IMG/VR virus record: IMGVR_UViG_3300034149_000053
Span: 1 to 35,261 of that record
Length of the DNA: 35,261 nucleotides
Source: a virus
Taxonomy: Duplodnaviria > Caudoviricetes
Reading direction: 5' to 3' (one strand)
How positions within the stretch are numbered: the first letter of the stretch is position 1; every line of letters begins with the position of its first letter. Shown piece by piece: positions 34,918 to 35,261 of the stretch. Below the pieces are notes generated by a model. It saw nothing but the letters and a program-made list of their open reading frames with translations. It was not told the origin of the DNA and did no database searches. Both the position numbers and the translations under genes were made by a program.

Positions 34918-35237
34918 GCGGAGAGATTCAGAGCCGATGCCGTTGTGTCTTCAATCGCCCGGGACACTTGCCCCGCCCAACCACACGCCTTGCACCCCTC
35001 GCCGTCACAGTCATCGTGTTCTTCCAGCATCCGGGTGGAGCCTCGTCCGATCTCCACGAGATCGAAGTACTGCATATCCAACAGGACATCATCCTTGATC
35101 ACGAACAACCACTGCGAGTATCGACGGTTACATCCTCGGATCGACGTGAACGCCACTTCATCCAGAATCCGATACAATTCATCGGCAGAGATCTGTTCGG
35201 CCTCCAAGACACGGAGGACTTTCGCGGAGATCTGCAT
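34914..35237 (-). CDS. Hypothetical protein with a possible small metal-binding motif
   Basis: 107 aa; HDDCDGEGCKACGWAG; AAAGGAG RBS. Confidence 0.6.
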   Translation of the reverse strand: MQISAKVLRVLEAEQISADELYRILDEVAFTSIRGCNRRYSQWLFVIKDDVLLDMQYFDLVEIGRGSTRMLEEHDDCDGEGCKACGWAGQVSRAIEDTTASALNLSA

Positions 35238-35261
35238 GATTACCGTCGCTCTCCTTTCGGA

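Noticed and set aside
1-35261. tRNA, rRNA, integrase or att sites
   Set aside because: None recognised by eye, so lifestyle and host cannot be assigned from this window.

Overview
A 35-kb fragment of a tailed dsDNA phage or prophage, with essentially all real genes on the minus strand. In transcription order (high to low coordinate): (1) an early region with sigma70-type promoters, two CX5R phosphatases, a protein carrying a ribosomal bL12 C-terminal-like domain, and an intein-containing family A DNA polymerase; (2) a short operon ending in a nuclease-less Nop/IS110-C-terminal-domain protein, followed directly by a ~2.2-kb non-coding array of about 60 units with a 36-nt period (two alternating short repeats, two ~9-nt variable spacers) and a terminator, which fits a TIGR-Tas (TasA-type) RNA-guided system; (3) the portal, then ~12 kb of MuF-associated multi-domain effector genes (three ADP-ribosyltransferase-like domains, 2H phosphoesterase, ParB/Srx-like, GNAT, zincin, PI3/4K-HipA-like kinase) punctuated by a recurring K-W-D-x-x-x-H-P-R-D-x-x-G-x-F peptide; (4) HNH endonuclease, XkdF-type protease, scaffold, major capsid and neck/tail-completion genes; (5) three glycosyltransferases. 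A 14-bp near-palindrome (TGCAATCAATTGCA) recurs at least 14 times across the window. All calls come from reading motifs by eye; no database searches were run.
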